DNA of 56,881 nucleotides, counting the filler, from Sphacelaria rigidula (lineage: Eukaryota): the NCBI GenBank assembly GCA_964200075.2. It is 7 parts of 7 records of this genome, joined end to end, with 100 filler letters (N's around TTAATTAATTAA, not from the genome) between each part and the next. Parts side by side here need not be neighbours in the genome. Positions count along the whole stretch, not along the records: positions 24,424 to 32,463 come from CAXNAA020012537.1; positions 32,564 to 40,603 come from CAXNAA020012538.1; 5 more parts are not named here. One strand, written 5' to 3'. The stretch's first letter is position 1, and each line of letters starts with the position of its first letter. Of the stretch, positions 24,424-37,421 are shown one piece after another. The position numbers and the translations under genes were made by a program. A model generated the notes under the pieces. That model did no database searches, was not told the origin of the DNA, and worked only from the letters and a program-made list of their open reading frames with translations.

Positions 24424-27400
24424 AGGGAAAGCACGGCTTTTGAGTTGAACCTCATTTTTGTTTTCAACCCCATTTTCGAAAATCGGCTGTTAGTAGCAGT
24501 ATAGTATCGGACATACCGTTGCCGTTGTCGCTTATTTTCGCCACTTACGACGTTTAGGCATGTCGGTTGCAATCGACTAGCCTCTCCCTGCTTGCTGCTT
24601 CATCCACGACGAGCAAACCTGCAGCACAAGGGGATTTGCTGTACAACAGTAGCAGTACAGTGGTATATACAGTTTCATGGGTGCCTTGCGGGATCGGATG
24701 AACGGCGGTACGGTGGCTCCCTCTCTGAAGACAAAACACTCTTCAGTCACAAAAATCCAATGCCGAATCTGACATGGCCCGAGAGAACAACCAATTTCGA
24801 AATTGGAAAAAAGTACGCTTGGAAAGCACAACGAAGAATTAACCAGCGTGCATATACAGAAGAAGGAAATTATAAATAGTCATACTGGTACAGTGGAGGG
24901 AACGGAGCACGGTTTCCACGAGAAACAATCCGAAAAATACAAACCTCCAGATGACTCAATTCAGACAGGAGAGTGCGTGATTCAGAGCTCCGTAATGAAG
25001 GATGGACAGGCGGATAAAAAGTGATTTTTGGCCAAGAAAAAAGCGTTCTCGGCCGTAATGGCCTCAAGCGAAAAACATGCTATACTTGCACGCTTGTACT
25101 TAGATAAGCAAGTAGACCAAGCATGGAGAAAAGACCGGTACCTCGCAACCTGCTGTTTCCCGAATACGTCATATTGCCTCAATGACGACTTCAGGAGTTC
25201 AGCAGATAAGAAAACGCAAGCGAAATTGAAATATGTACCACGTACCAGAAAATCGGAGTATATGAGACACTGGCAACTGCTCGCTGGTACAGTGCACTCA
25301 ACACTGACCTGCAGTAATGCATGAATTGGGGAAATCCAAGGCAAGGCATTCATACTGCCAACCCTCGGTCAATCGGTATGTATCTAGTGTAGTTGGTGTC
25401 TAGAACGAAATGTGCTCTGGAAGAGCTCAAACCAGCGTCGGGGGCGTCGAATTGAGTACAAAACATATCTCGCTCGCGCTGTTCGGGAATATCCAAATGT
25501 AGCAGTCGATGAATGAATTTAGATATTTTTCAAATATATATGCTTTTTATTTGCTTGCGGTAAGTCCACTGTCGTCATTCGATTTGAGGTCCGTTCACAG
25601 CACGCGCGGTCAAGCACACAGTGGCCATGATGGTGAAATACAGTTGAATGTATGTATAAGTGCGTGCTCCCTATACATGAAGCGAACGATATGCAACCAA
25701 AAAGTAAGAGATCGCTGTGACGCGGCTAAGAATACCCATCCCCCGAACAAACATAATATCCAGCCTACCAGCCAATACCATGGAGCGACGGAGGGGCAGA
25801 CTACACCAGTACATCGTATATGGCACACGCGAATAGCATGCATGTATATCAGCAACATGACTATCCACACAGCGAAAAAAATGAAGCAATGTTAAGGCAA
25901 AGCGACTCAAAACACAAACTCATCGAGGAAAGAGCGGCAACATCCTCACAGAAGAGATCACGCCACATCGCCATCAGCCACTTGGGGATGAGGAGAACAC
26001 AGAAAGCAACACACATTTGCCCAAATCGCGAACGAAACAGAATGACCAGATTAGCACTACCCACTGCTCAACTGGCTCCAAGCGATTGCAGACGGCGTCG
26101 CTCACACTATATGCGGCTACTCTGAGGCGATACCACAAGTAATCAACCAGCCGCCGTACACAAATACTTGAGAGTACTGACTGGTATATAATGGAAATTC
26201 TTCATTTCTTTCAGTCTGCGCAGGTTACACTCATTACGCACCCCATGCATGGCAGCAGCAAGGGCGCAGTGAAAATACTCAACGCACGGTAGATTGCACT
26301 TGAGGAACTACGCACAGCACAGAACAACACGACACAATGTACTCGCACTCGAGGAAGGAATGCAGCAAGCAGCCATGGCCAGACATGCCTCCACGTCTGC
26401 TGCTGCGGAGCCACGCCAAAGCAAGAGACGGCTTCTTCATGCTCAGGTTAAGGCAACCCGGATTTAGGGCGGTGCTGCGGGGGCAGAGCCAACGAAACGG
26501 TGGCTGTCATCGACCAGGTGTTTCACACTTGCGCACACGTCCGAGTACCTGTGGGGGAACAAGTACAGGAACACGTACACAGGTAACGACTTGCGTTCAT
26601 CCATCGACGATGACCAAGTTACGTAGCTCTTACGCATTGTGCTCTGTACGTGAAATCATGTTGGCATTCTCTCGTCTTCTTTCCGTCTTCCCTCTTTAGT
26701 TATGTACATCGCTCGAATATTGTTCATCCTTGTTTAGTCCACCTCGCTCCGTTTCATCCATCTCCATCTTCTTTTGTCCTCGACTTTCCCGTTTCTCTGG
26801 TGGATACGTCCATCTAATCAAAACAGAGGCTGTATGGGTTCCTCGGAGATAGGTTAATATGTAATAATCAATCAATACGAGTGTCAGATGGCATTGCCAG
26901 CCCTCAATTAATTCCTCTTTTCACCTTCGTTGCATCCAGTGCCATACGATACAAGGAAATACTTGATAGAATGTTTCTTCTACTTCCAGCGTAACCGCAC
27001 CATCGCCTCTGCCCAGCAGTGAGGTGTCATAGCGATTCTTGTGTTCCACCATTCGCGTTCGAGGTTCAGATTATGACGGAAATGTGGTGTAACAGGTTCT
27101 CGGGACGTACGCAAAGTGCACGAGCCCAAGCCCAAACTTACATATCACAAGCAAGCACTGCAGCACCCCTGTACTGTAGACTGCCCGTTCGCGGTGGTAC
27201 TTCAGTGTCCATTGCCCGCGTAGCCGAGTTTGCGCCCTCAATAGACTCTAGTATCTTCGCAGCACCCCACTCTCAAAACGGATGTGCCTCTCCAAACTTC
27301 AAAAGAGCCACCCCCACCCCGACGCCACGGTTACAGCCAGTTCACAATCAATATACGCCAACAAGCGAATTGGGACATACATCGCAACTGTCATGTCCAT

Positions 27401-28594
27401 CGCAATGTACCATACACCATGTAGCAACGCTTGGCATCGCAATCAGAGGACCTCCCTGACGCGGCCACGGTACCAGCATTAGTTTGGTTGTGATCGATGG
27501 GATTCAAATGCTTGGCAAGTACAAGGACGTTTCCTTGGGTGCAGCTCCTCGCTCTCGCAAGCCCCAGCTGGAAGACGGTGTGAACGATTTGTAGTATATA
27601 GCGCACAAGCAGTGCTACACCTGACGACATTGTCATTCCATTAGAGGTCATGTCATGACGCCGTGTACCGCCGTTATGGGTGGCATGTTGGAAAACCTTT
27701 GTTCTTTGGAGGTGCTGCCGCACTGCTCTGTCTGTACAGTATCGCTATACCTCACGTACCGCGATACACTGTTGCAGGGCTCTGCATTGCACTGTCCGTA
27801 CTCTATACTGCACAGCACTACAGCACTGTTTCCGAACTGGACGCAGGTTGAGCGCACATTTAGCGGGGCAAATTTCGAAAGCTTTCACTCCAAAATATTT
27901 TCCGAAACTGTACAATGACAAAAACACTCCATTTTTGCGAGAGAGAAAACACAAAACACAGAACACACCCTGTCTTGTCTCTACTATTGATACGTGCGTT
28001 GTTTGCTCCCTCTCCGCACGCGATCAATAAAATTCTCCCCCACGAGACATGATACACAAAATAAGCTTCTGGCCTGGCTTCGCAGTTTGCAACATCGTGC
28101 CAAGATTGGTAACGAGGTAAACTTGGTAGAGAGACATAATTTGCAAGTACGACCAGTTTCTAGTGACGAAGTGATGATGAAAATGCTTCATCAAAGCTAA
28201 TCTTGGTCAACACGGCTCTTGGTTGTGAGGCAATCAACTGTTACTGCGGGGGTTCTTTCACGTGGGTTTTTCCGACCAGTAATATTCTTCATAGCAGGTT
28301 GGGTTGCTTTCGTAAAACGGGCGAAAAAATGGTTCACATTTGCGACTGCGACTAGACAGCTGTTGTAGAACTCTCCATGTCACATACTCAAGTACAGACA
28401 AAGGGCGACCAAAAACTCAAATTCGTGGCAAGTGCAGCTGCTGCTTAATTTTTAACGTTTTCCGACGACATGGTATATCAGTAGCAGACTGAAAGCTGAA
28501 GGCACTCTCACGTTATGCACCAACAGGACAGGTGAGGTGAGGTATGGTAGGGCATCCAAGCCTGCTTGCAGCAGGACCGAGAATAATAAATAAC

Positions 28595-31500
28595 TCACTG
28601 GACACCAGCCATCTTCAGCAGACGAGCCTCTATCTTGCCGGGTCTGGGTTGACTGTCCAAGTAGTTGAGAGCCACCTGCAATGTCACGCACGGGGATACA
28701 GGGAAACCGTGCGAGACGGAAGACGGTGCCGAAGAGAGGGCGCAAGGTAAATACCTTTTCAGTCTATGAACACCGACCTGAGTCACCAGTAACTTTTTAT
28801 ATGCCTCCTTCCTCCCACTCGTCAACTCGCCAAGTGCGTTTGCTCCTCTGGCGACCACAGGGTGGGCAACGCAACCTCGCCATAGACGCATCGCTGTACA
28901 GATATCTGAAAATATTTGAAAAACAATTGATACAACGCAACGCACGCATAATACTAACTGTAATGGGTTCGTCATGCACGCACATCGTACATTCAAGCCA
29001 TGAATGTTACAAAGTACCTTGAGGCGGGTGTTCCAGCGGTTGGCGACACCTCCGGCCAGAACTCTCCCCGTGGTGTCCTCCACAGTGTCGAACCGCTTCA
29101 ACGAGCTCTTAGCGTAGTCGATCAGCGTCTGACACACCTACACCACAGACGACACCACACATGTGCAAGTACGAACACATTCCAGCGAGATTGAGAGATA
29201 GCCCAGGATCCATCAGGAGTCTGACGTGGGATTATAGCTACAGCAGCATTCCGTGTCGTGTCGTGGAGCGGATTCATGATGAAATACATACTGATACCTT
29301 CTGATCTGTATACACTACTTTTGCTTCCTGGGCTAACGAACAAGTCAGAATAGCCGTCTATGCATACGTAGTTGACTTTGACCATGCCACGCTGCCGACC
29401 TCTCCGACGCTGGCGTTATGACACATCATCACACACATCATCAAGTGCCGATGTGCAGTAATCAAGTTTCTGGTGAATAATGTCAAGTGTGGATGGCTGA
29501 GGGCGGGAGTGGTGACTTTAAATTGAGAAATGTGCAGAAGCTAGCCTCACCTCATCGTCGGTGGACAGATCGTGCGCGTGACGGATGATCTCCACATCGT
29601 GCTCCCACAGCACCAGCAGTAGCCGAGCCACAGCCCAGTGCCAGATTGACGTCTGGTGTGGGGACGGCGTGCAAGTTCGGTAGGGATGCACTTTACAGTG
29701 AGAAACGGTGCTCTTCCATTCCAGAACAATAAAAGCGCCTTTGTCATCACACTGCATGATACGTGCTTATGGGCAAAAAACGCACACCAATTACATGTTC
29801 TGTGAATAGTGGACAAGGAGACGGCGGTTTTGTGCAACATGTGACCTTATCAAGCATACTTTCATTTTCATAGGAAAACGTGACAACCCCCCTCACAAGG
29901 ACATCTGACATAAACACTACACGACACTACACTGCACTGCCCTGATCAGACCACACTACAGACTGACAGAGCACGCCGTGTGAACCGCAACTTGAATGCA
30001 GTACCTCAGCATAATCAAGCACCACCCATATCTCGAACAGAAGAAGTCTCATGCTGTGCGTACACCCTTGTGTGTGGAGCAGTGGTGCTGTGAGGTTGGC
30101 GGCAGTGACACAGTAACATCCATCAGCCGACTCTCATGCATATCATGATCTCGACGAGTTAAATATCTAGTCTTCAAATGCAACAAATTCAAACATGCCA
30201 GAATGACGGATCGCAGTACAATAAAAACATAATAATAAGTACCTGAACATCCGGGGGAGCTTCAGAGTAGGTGAGGAGCTTGTGGTTGCCTGGGTGATCT
30301 CCCTCCTCCTCCCTAGTCGTCACGCACACATTACACCGTAATACAACACAGAGAAACGTTGGCGTTGGCGTTGGCGTTGGCGTTGGCAGATATAAACGTG
30401 AGAACGTGACAACAGCGCGGGGACTAGGACTAGACATTGATGTCTCTAGGTCTAGCGGTCGAAGTTTCTCGTTCAGAGGCACACACCGGAACCACCTCGG
30501 GATTTTTGGTATCACTACATCACGGTTGCGGCAGTCAGCAGTCAAGGAACCAGGACATCACCACTCACGCAATGGTGAAATCGTTGCTAAAATCCAAATT
30601 GCCTTGTAAACATTGTACATAAAGTAGGTGCCTCTGAGCAGCAAGGGCAAGGGCAAGAGCAACCAGTTCTTCTACAGAAACTAAAGCGTTTACATTGAGG
30701 TAGGCCATCACCAGGGGAGATATGCTGGGAGAGCGAGTCATGTGAACGTGCGTCGTTTGGGCTTTCGTGCCACATGAAATGTAAGTAGCTAAAGCTGTGT
30801 GTGGCATCACATGATATCGCACTACTGCAACAGTAGCAATAGCACAGCCGACCTGCAGAGGGTGAGGAACGCTAACGTGGTGTGCATGCCGTTGACCATG
30901 GTGATCTTCCGTCGGCAGAAGTAGTTGGCTTCGCCGTAGGTCATTGGTACCTTTACGTTGTCACCAGCAAAGGCCGGCAATGGCGCCATGGGCGGGGGCT
31001 GCAGGATGACCACCTGTATGTTTTCAAACATCAAATTCGACGCGAGAATTGAGACTGAACGCGACAGGTTGGCCTGCAAAAACAGAGACGAAGAGCAGCT
31101 AAGGACAGGCCTCAAACAGACAGCATAGATATCATTAACCGTTTTCGCTTTTCCTCAACGACTAATGTTACCGCAGCAAAAGTTAAGGACCACGTTTTTT
31201 TTGTGACGCGTCGCAATCTTTGGTAAAACCGTTACATCGCCTGCGGCATCGCGCCTTCAATAACAAGTAAAGTAAAGTAAAGTAGTCTAGTGTGTATGGT
31301 GCAAGTCTCACCTCCCCTACGTGCGGCTCGGCGGAGACAAAAATGTCGTTTCCGGTGACCTCACGGCCAGTGCAGATTCTGTCCACCATGCACGTCACCA
31401 CCTCTGCCTTACCCTTCAGCTTTTCCCCCAGCTCCTCCACCATCCTGGACACAACGGAAACATATGTAGTTAATATTCGCATCTGCATCTGCATCTGCAT

Positions 31501-31804
31501 CTGCATCTGCATCTGCATCATCGCCGACACAGATTCCGTCCCCATCGAGGCACAAATCAGCATCAGGCAAACGCTCGGCATGATACTTTGTGCTTCTGGT
31601 ACTACTTTAGTCGAACCAATCTGTAGCGTGTGGCATTCAGCGACCATGGCATTTTTATCTAAATCGCTTGAGTTGTAGTGAGGCTACATTTATATTTTGT
31701 ATCAGTACACCTCACCCGTGGTCATTCTCGCAGCCGTAAATGTATATGCGTTCTCCCTCCGGCCGGTCGACATCGAAGTGGGGCATGACAACTCTGTGCA
31801 TCAC
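28595..31804 (-). CDS. M1PDH: Mannitol-1-phosphate 5-dehydrogenase (brown-algal type), 3' seven exons
   Basis: In-phase exons 31804-31716, 31444-31312, 31013-30853, 30312-30243, 29652-29551, 29137-29018, 28675-28599/28595. Motifs YGCENDH, CMVDRIC, AEP, RRKITMVNGMHTTLAF (KxxxxNxxH of polyol-specific long-chain dehydrogenases) and RVLAGGVANRWNTRL. Confidence 0.9.
30358..30387. repeat. (GTTGGC)5 microsatellite
   Basis: Directly visible. Confidence 0.9.
31478..31519. repeat. (GCATCT)~7 microsatellite
   Basis: Directly visible; explains the MQMQMQ / ICICIC runs in the ORF track. Confidence 0.92.
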
Positions 31805-32463
31805 CTGAACCGCCCAGTAGGGTGAGGGAATGGACGAGCGAGTGAGCGGGAGGTAAACCTCTACAACAATATAATAGGTTTTGTACACGTGTACACGTCT
31901 ACGTTATGTTCTCACCTCTCGACAGCAAGACCAGCTTTACTCAGCAAGGTGCTTGGACGGTTCTGAACCGCACAACACGGCATCGGCGGTTACAGGGAGA
32001 GACACATGTCGACATCTTACCAGAAGGCAGGCAACCGGGCAACAACGATAACAACGTTGAATCAAAACGAGTCGTGACGGTACGGTATATTTGCTCGAGT
32101 ATCATGTGTACGAGCTCGGCCAGCCAACAATGGGTAGTTTTCTCGCTCAGGCGACGCACTGCATAAAATTAGGACTTGGACGCTGAAATTTTGATAGCAG
32201 CTGATTATGATCGACGTGCAGAACATCCCGAGAGCAGCAAAAAAAAAATTGTGGCATTTGAAATTTCAGCATAAACAACATAATGTCACGAGTCAAGGAA
32301 AAAAAAACTGCAGCTGCTCCGGCAATGCAAGTGGCCTTACAGACTGGAAAACGGTTTATACCCCCCTCCCCCCCCCACCCCCCTGAATAGCCTTCAGCCT
32401 GGTCCAGCGAGAACCCGGGGTGCTCCGTCCCGGCTTTGTAGGGGCGGACCCCCGATGGGGTTG

Positions 32464-32563
32464 NNNNNNNNNNNNNNNNNNNNNNNNNNNNNNNNNNNNN
32501 NNNNNNNTTAATTAATTAANNNNNNNNNNNNNNNNNNNNNNNNNNNNNNNNNNNNNNNNNNNN
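32464..32563. other. Artificial contig linker
   Basis: N44-TTAATTAATTAA-N44. Confidence 0.99.
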
Positions 32564-32686
32564 AAGGGATGGCGTGTCGACGTTTGCCACGCAAAAGGAA
32601 GCACGCAATGGGTTCGCCCCCCCCCCCCCCCATATCGTAGCATGACTCAATCGCAGGAGAAAAATAGCCATGCCAACCCGCTTTCA

Positions 32687-33020
32687 GTAATAATCGGCTC
32701 AGGGGCAGCCACCCACTGCGTAGACAGTAATTTACTACCTGGTATAGAGCGGGAAATGCCAGATTATGTCGAGTTCAGCCCCCCCAAAAGGTAAACGAAC
32801 AGCAGGAGGACACCTGCTAAAAGCAACAGGTAAGGGATTTGTACACACGACAGTGGTAGATACCCATGGCTATGAGCGATCTGTGTGTTTATCAGTCATT
32901 GTAATACCCAAATTAGGGAACAAATTATTTTCGCCTCACGAAGCACTCAAGAAGGGCGTGAATTGTTTTTTCAGCAGATCTACATATAGATTTGGGAGAT
33001 GTTCAGGTTCCAATGAATGT
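32687..33020 (+). pseudogene. Decayed Ty1/copia pol: protease and beta-barrel region
   Basis: VIIGSGAATHCVDSNLLPG (mutated DSGA motif), a stop and frameshift, then TAGGHLLKATGKG...VIVIPKLGNKLFSPHEALKKG. Confidence 0.75.
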
Positions 33021-34664
33021 TGATGATAACGGGGGATATTGAGGAGTATAAGCATGAAAATCATCGATGCGGGTAATTCAAGTAGCTCAGCGCTTACAAC
33101 TACAGTAGTATCAGGAAAATCAATGGGCGTAAGCACAACTTTGCTAGTCGGTGAGAGAGCAAAAGTAGATCAAGAATCGCGTAGGAAGCAGAAAAAGAGC
33201 AGTAAAAGTAAGATATCATCGATTAAGTCCAAGGCAGTAGATTAGAATAAAAGTAGAAACCACTCCACAAGTAAGAAAAATAACAATTTTCATCAGCACA
33301 GTAAGAGGCGGTAACAATAGCAGTCATCTTCACGACATGAAGCAGCGGATATTGAAGAGATCCTGGGGATCAAGGGTGTAGTAGATTCATTATTAGGCAA
33401 ACAGGTTCGAAATAAGCAGAAGAATGCATGCCTGGCCAGTAATAGCAGGAGATCAGTTCAGTCACCTGTATGCGTGAAAAGTAGATAGGTAAAATCGCCT
33501 GCGTACATCAACAGGAAGGAGGATACACATGTACGTTCCAATTTTCGAATTGGTTGTTGTCTCAGGCTATTCCTGATTCGCACTGGATTTCTGTGACAGA
33601 AAAAAAAGCAGAACGTTTCGAGAACTTTTAAAAAAACAAGGAGAGCCGCTCAAAACATGACCCCATTATCTGGAGTACAGGGTGGTACACTGAACACAAG
33701 ATAATTCTGCAGTGGTGTATGGAGTGCAGAGTACTACACTGAACAAAAGACAACACGGCAGTTTTGCAGTGTTTTTTAGTCTTAGAACCTGAAACCTGAA
33801 GACGGACCGTGTACAGTATGCATCAGCTTCTCTTGTTGCAAAGTTATTAGTGTCCAGCTGCTGCTGCTGTACTACTACGACAACACAGCAATATTGTTTT
33901 CAGAATATGTAAGGGAGAACTGATAGTCCTGGACTGTCTGCAATGCATGTTGCCTGCTTCTTCTTCATATCCTCCTGAACGAAAGACGCACACACGCACT
34001 CAAGACACCCTACTTGCAAGCGGTGCAGACAGTACAGACTATTTGTATTGTACACGTGTGACCATGTGCCGTGTCACGAATTTCAGGCACAGGACCCATA
34101 CACAGGAATAATTTTGTAGTAAATGGAACTATTTGCGCGAAGGGCGATCAAGTCCGAGCGTTTAAGATCGGCACCCTGCAAACAGTGAGGGCCCGCTTAA
34201 ATCAGCTGAAGAACTAAAACATGGGACATCTCTTGTTCCACTGTACTGCATCCCCGTTTGAAGATAAATTTGGGATATCCCCAGCACATTGGAATAGTAT
34301 TCCTGCCGTGTTCAAAATATTTGTGTATCCCTACCGTAGCATCCCTTTGCTAGCCCTTGCTAATCTACACACAACAGTCTTTGTTTGACAGCAAATCGAG
34401 CCGTAGCTGCTCATCAGCTGTGCACGTTGTGCGTGACCCTACTCACATCTGTTCGGAATTCATTGAGAAATGATGATCTGTGTGAGACGCGCGCGCAGCA
34501 CTCGCTTATAAAGCGGTCAGCAACGACACGTCTCCGGTTGTTCTTGAAACGCCTGCAGCCGCCATTCGTCCAATACAGAACGGATTTCTGTCGAACAAAG
34601 ACTGCCGTGTGTAGATCAGCAAAGGCTAGTAGTGAAACTAATGCGCGTGAGTGGTGGGTGTCTG

Positions 34665-35025
34665 TGCGTGCTTCTTCGGGGCTGGGTGTGTAGGTGTTGT
34701 GTTGCCTTGTTGTGTCTTGTCTGCAGCATTACACAGACCTTGGATATGTTTGGACTAATGGCCACTTCCAGACCCGCCGCATTTCTCAACCTGCGTGCAG
34801 ATCTGGGTTTGAATCTGTACAAAATTGCTTGTCGATAGGACTGGGGACTGGTCGTGTTGGGGCCAATCCCCTGTCAAAGTGGATTGTGAAAAAGGGGGAT
34901 CCCCTTCGTTAACCCCTAGACCGCGACGGGGGGTGACCTGCTGAATCCGCATCAATTTCACTCGAAAAAGTTATGCATGACCCAGGTGGACGACCCTCGC
35001 GGTCTAAGGGTTAAAAAGGGCCCTA
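34665..35025 (+). repeat. Second copy of the 16283-16575 dispersed repeat, interrupted by a MITE
   Basis: Collinear similarity to 16283-16575. Confidence 0.85.
34913..35010 (+). mobile_element. 98-bp piggyBac-like MITE with TTAA TSD
   Basis: TTAA|CCCCTAGACCGCGA...TCGCGGTCTAAGGG|TTAA; the empty site is visible in the paralogous repeat. Confidence 0.9.
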
Positions 35026-35147
35026 ACAGCTGTAGCACTCTCTCTCCTTCACGCCGGCGGCTCAGATACCGCCAAAGAAGGCGAGTCCCATCGCTCTTCA
35101 TTGGAGGCGTCTGTCTCTTCTGTCCCTTTTCCATTACATTCCAATGT

Positions 35148-36110
35148 TAGAAAGATAGGAAAATTGGAAGCACGATGCGAAGCAGAGCGATCTATAGAAT
35201 AAAAGAGGCACGATCGCGAACTGTTTTTATTTCCAAACCACCCCAAGTAATGCAAACAGCAGGATTGTCAGTTTCCAGCAACAAGGCGTTACGGACCAAG
35301 GACAGATCCGAGGAGCATTCGATCGTCATGGACAACAGCGATGACGAAGCAGTAGACAAACATACTACGGACTAATGTCGTAGGTATAACGTAGAGAGTA
35401 GTAAATGGTTGAGAATAAGCATCCAACGACGGTGTAGTGTAGCAACGATCGAGTGAGAGGCAAGAGCAGAGGAGAGCACCTTCGACGACGTCAACGGAGT
35501 AGGACTCAGTGAGCCTAGCAGACTAGATACAAATCGATTTTTTTGTATGATGGAGGAATATCTGTGTAGAGTACAGTAAGGTACAGGAAAGTACAGCATA
35601 AACGTTGGATAGGAATGAGAGTGATTATATTTCAACATATATTCGAAATATCATCTCGAAGGGCTTGTTGGAATTTGAGAAAATAACAGTTCCGAATATA
35701 CGTACTCGAGATAAGCGGGGAAACCAGTTACGGTCCATCGTTAGAACAAAGAGCGTAGGTGTAATGCGTGAGAGGACTGCGTGCTTAGAGGATCGTGCCG
35801 TAGTTAAAAACACCTCAGGATCGATGGTTTTCTAAACCAATCGGGCCAGTCCCTCCAGGTACCACGCTCCTGACCCTAACCCCAACACTAACCCAAACCC
35901 TGAACCCAACCATAGGAATGTTCAAATTCCGATGCGGTCCTCTAAGGACGCGGTTCTCTTACGCATTACAGTAGGAATAACCTAAGTAGTGAGATATTCG
36001 TCGTAGAATAATCAATAGCTCATGTAGTGTATAGCTCGTATACAGAAAGTCAGCATATTGTCAGAATACTGAAGGGTTGAGTACGAAGAGTCTAAGCTAT
36101 CAACAGTTTG
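35148..36110 (+). pseudogene. Further highly decayed copia pol fragments (SH3-like region after integrase; RNase H end)
   Basis: RKIGKLEAR...AIYRIKEARSRTVFIS resembles KLDxR...YRIYDxxxxKVxIS; TEGLSTKSLSYQQF near 36069-36110 resembles ADxxTKxLxxxxF. Confidence 0.45.
35760..35970. mobile_element. TGT...ACA MITE (Ginger/TDD-like ends), 5-bp TSD GTAGG
   Basis: ~33-bp TIRs TGTAATGCGTGAGAGGACYGCGTGCTTAGAGGA; GTAGG on both sides. Confidence 0.9.
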
Positions 36111-36469
36111 GATAAACAGTGTTACAATGTCCAAGAGTTTTGTCGACAGAGTGAAATAGCCCCACGCTATTTACTCTCTGCAGCGACCCACCTCAAGGAA
36201 GCCTACCAGCTTGTCATTAGTATTCTATGGAGTAGAGACTGATTGTGTTCGATTTGAGTAACTCCCGGATGAAGCGGCAATTTTAAGCATGTTTTTCATT
36301 GCAGAAGCAAGTGTTCAACCAACACTGTGCAGCCTCTGCGAGCTCTCCTGTCAGAGCTGGGTTCATCAGTTGAACCAATTGTTTCTGTCATTTTGACAGT
36401 TGAACATTGTGTATTTCGTACACAAGCCGCGAAGCTATAAATATTCCAACATGCAGCAAGTCCGTCACC

Positions 36470-37200
36470 AGCTACAGAGTACGGTGGCTCGACAGGTCGG
36501 GCATCGGTCACATTCGGAACGACTTCCACGACCGACTCTACGGCATCATGCTCGACGATGACGCCGCCGACTTCGAAACAACGTACATGGTGCGGTTGGC
36601 GGCAGTCGTGTACCCTCGCACCAAGACCCTCGATCTTCTATCAGATGAAGACAAGGAACGCGCAATTACATCTCTCGACCACCGCATGAAGGGCTGGCAA
36701 GAGGAGCTGAGGGACGCTGCGGCCGACGCTGCTGGCAGTACCTCTACTTACTCGAACACTCCTGCGTCGCGCGGGACTGAGTCGGCAAGGGTCCAGAAGG
36801 AAGCTCGAGCCCGCAACTTCTTGCAGTGGATAAGGCCGCAGAGGGAGACAGAGGCATCGGCCACGCCGCGCGCTACGGCCTCTGCCTAAGAAGCCTCGGT
36901 CAAGCGGCAGGAGATTAAAAATATTCAGAGTGAGAGAGACAGAGATGCTAGGCTTTTCGGACTTTACTAGTGAGCCTGCTCTGGTCATCGATGGGAAACT
37001 AGCTCAAGTGGTGGGCGCCGAATGCGCACAAGTACTCACTCGTTGCGCATGTCGCTCGGAACGGCCTGACTGTTCCAGCATCGTCAGGTCCCTCAGAGCG
37101 AGTCTTCTTGCAGAGTGCGCTTGCTATCACGCAACGAAGAAACATACTCAAGCCGGAACGGAAGACGCTGATGTTTTCCAAAGGGTTCTTGGGAGGCGGC
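36470..37200 (+). pseudogene. hAT transposase C-terminal remnant including the dimerisation domain
   Basis: LAAVVYPRTK (LDPRxK-like), then after stops and frameshifts, from 37003: LKWWAPNAHKYSLVAHVARNGLTVPASSGPSERVFLQSALAITQRRNILKPE. Confidence 0.88.
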
Positions 37201-37421
37201 CGAGGAATCTACCCGATCAGCACTCAACTGGAAAGAAACCAATAGTCATTGCCACAAACAGTTGGCCGTGAGATCGTAAATTTTGCCCTTGCGGGAAGAG
37301 ACGGAGCAGCCGATGCAGCTGGTAATGGAGCACATTACACGCGTGCTGTGGTTTGTGGTGCACTTGAGAAAGTTGGATTTCGTGGTCGGACTTGATTCTT
37401 CCGGTTTGCCATAGAAACGTC

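Noticed and set aside
26040-27594. Plus-strand gene ending ...GKYKDVSLGAAPRSRKPQLEDGVNDL*
   Set aside because: Splicing is possible but no family is recognised and minus-strand readings are equally plausible; left unassigned.
28595-37200. M1PDH linked to the transposon cluster
   Set aside because: Separated by an artificial linker; they are on different contigs.
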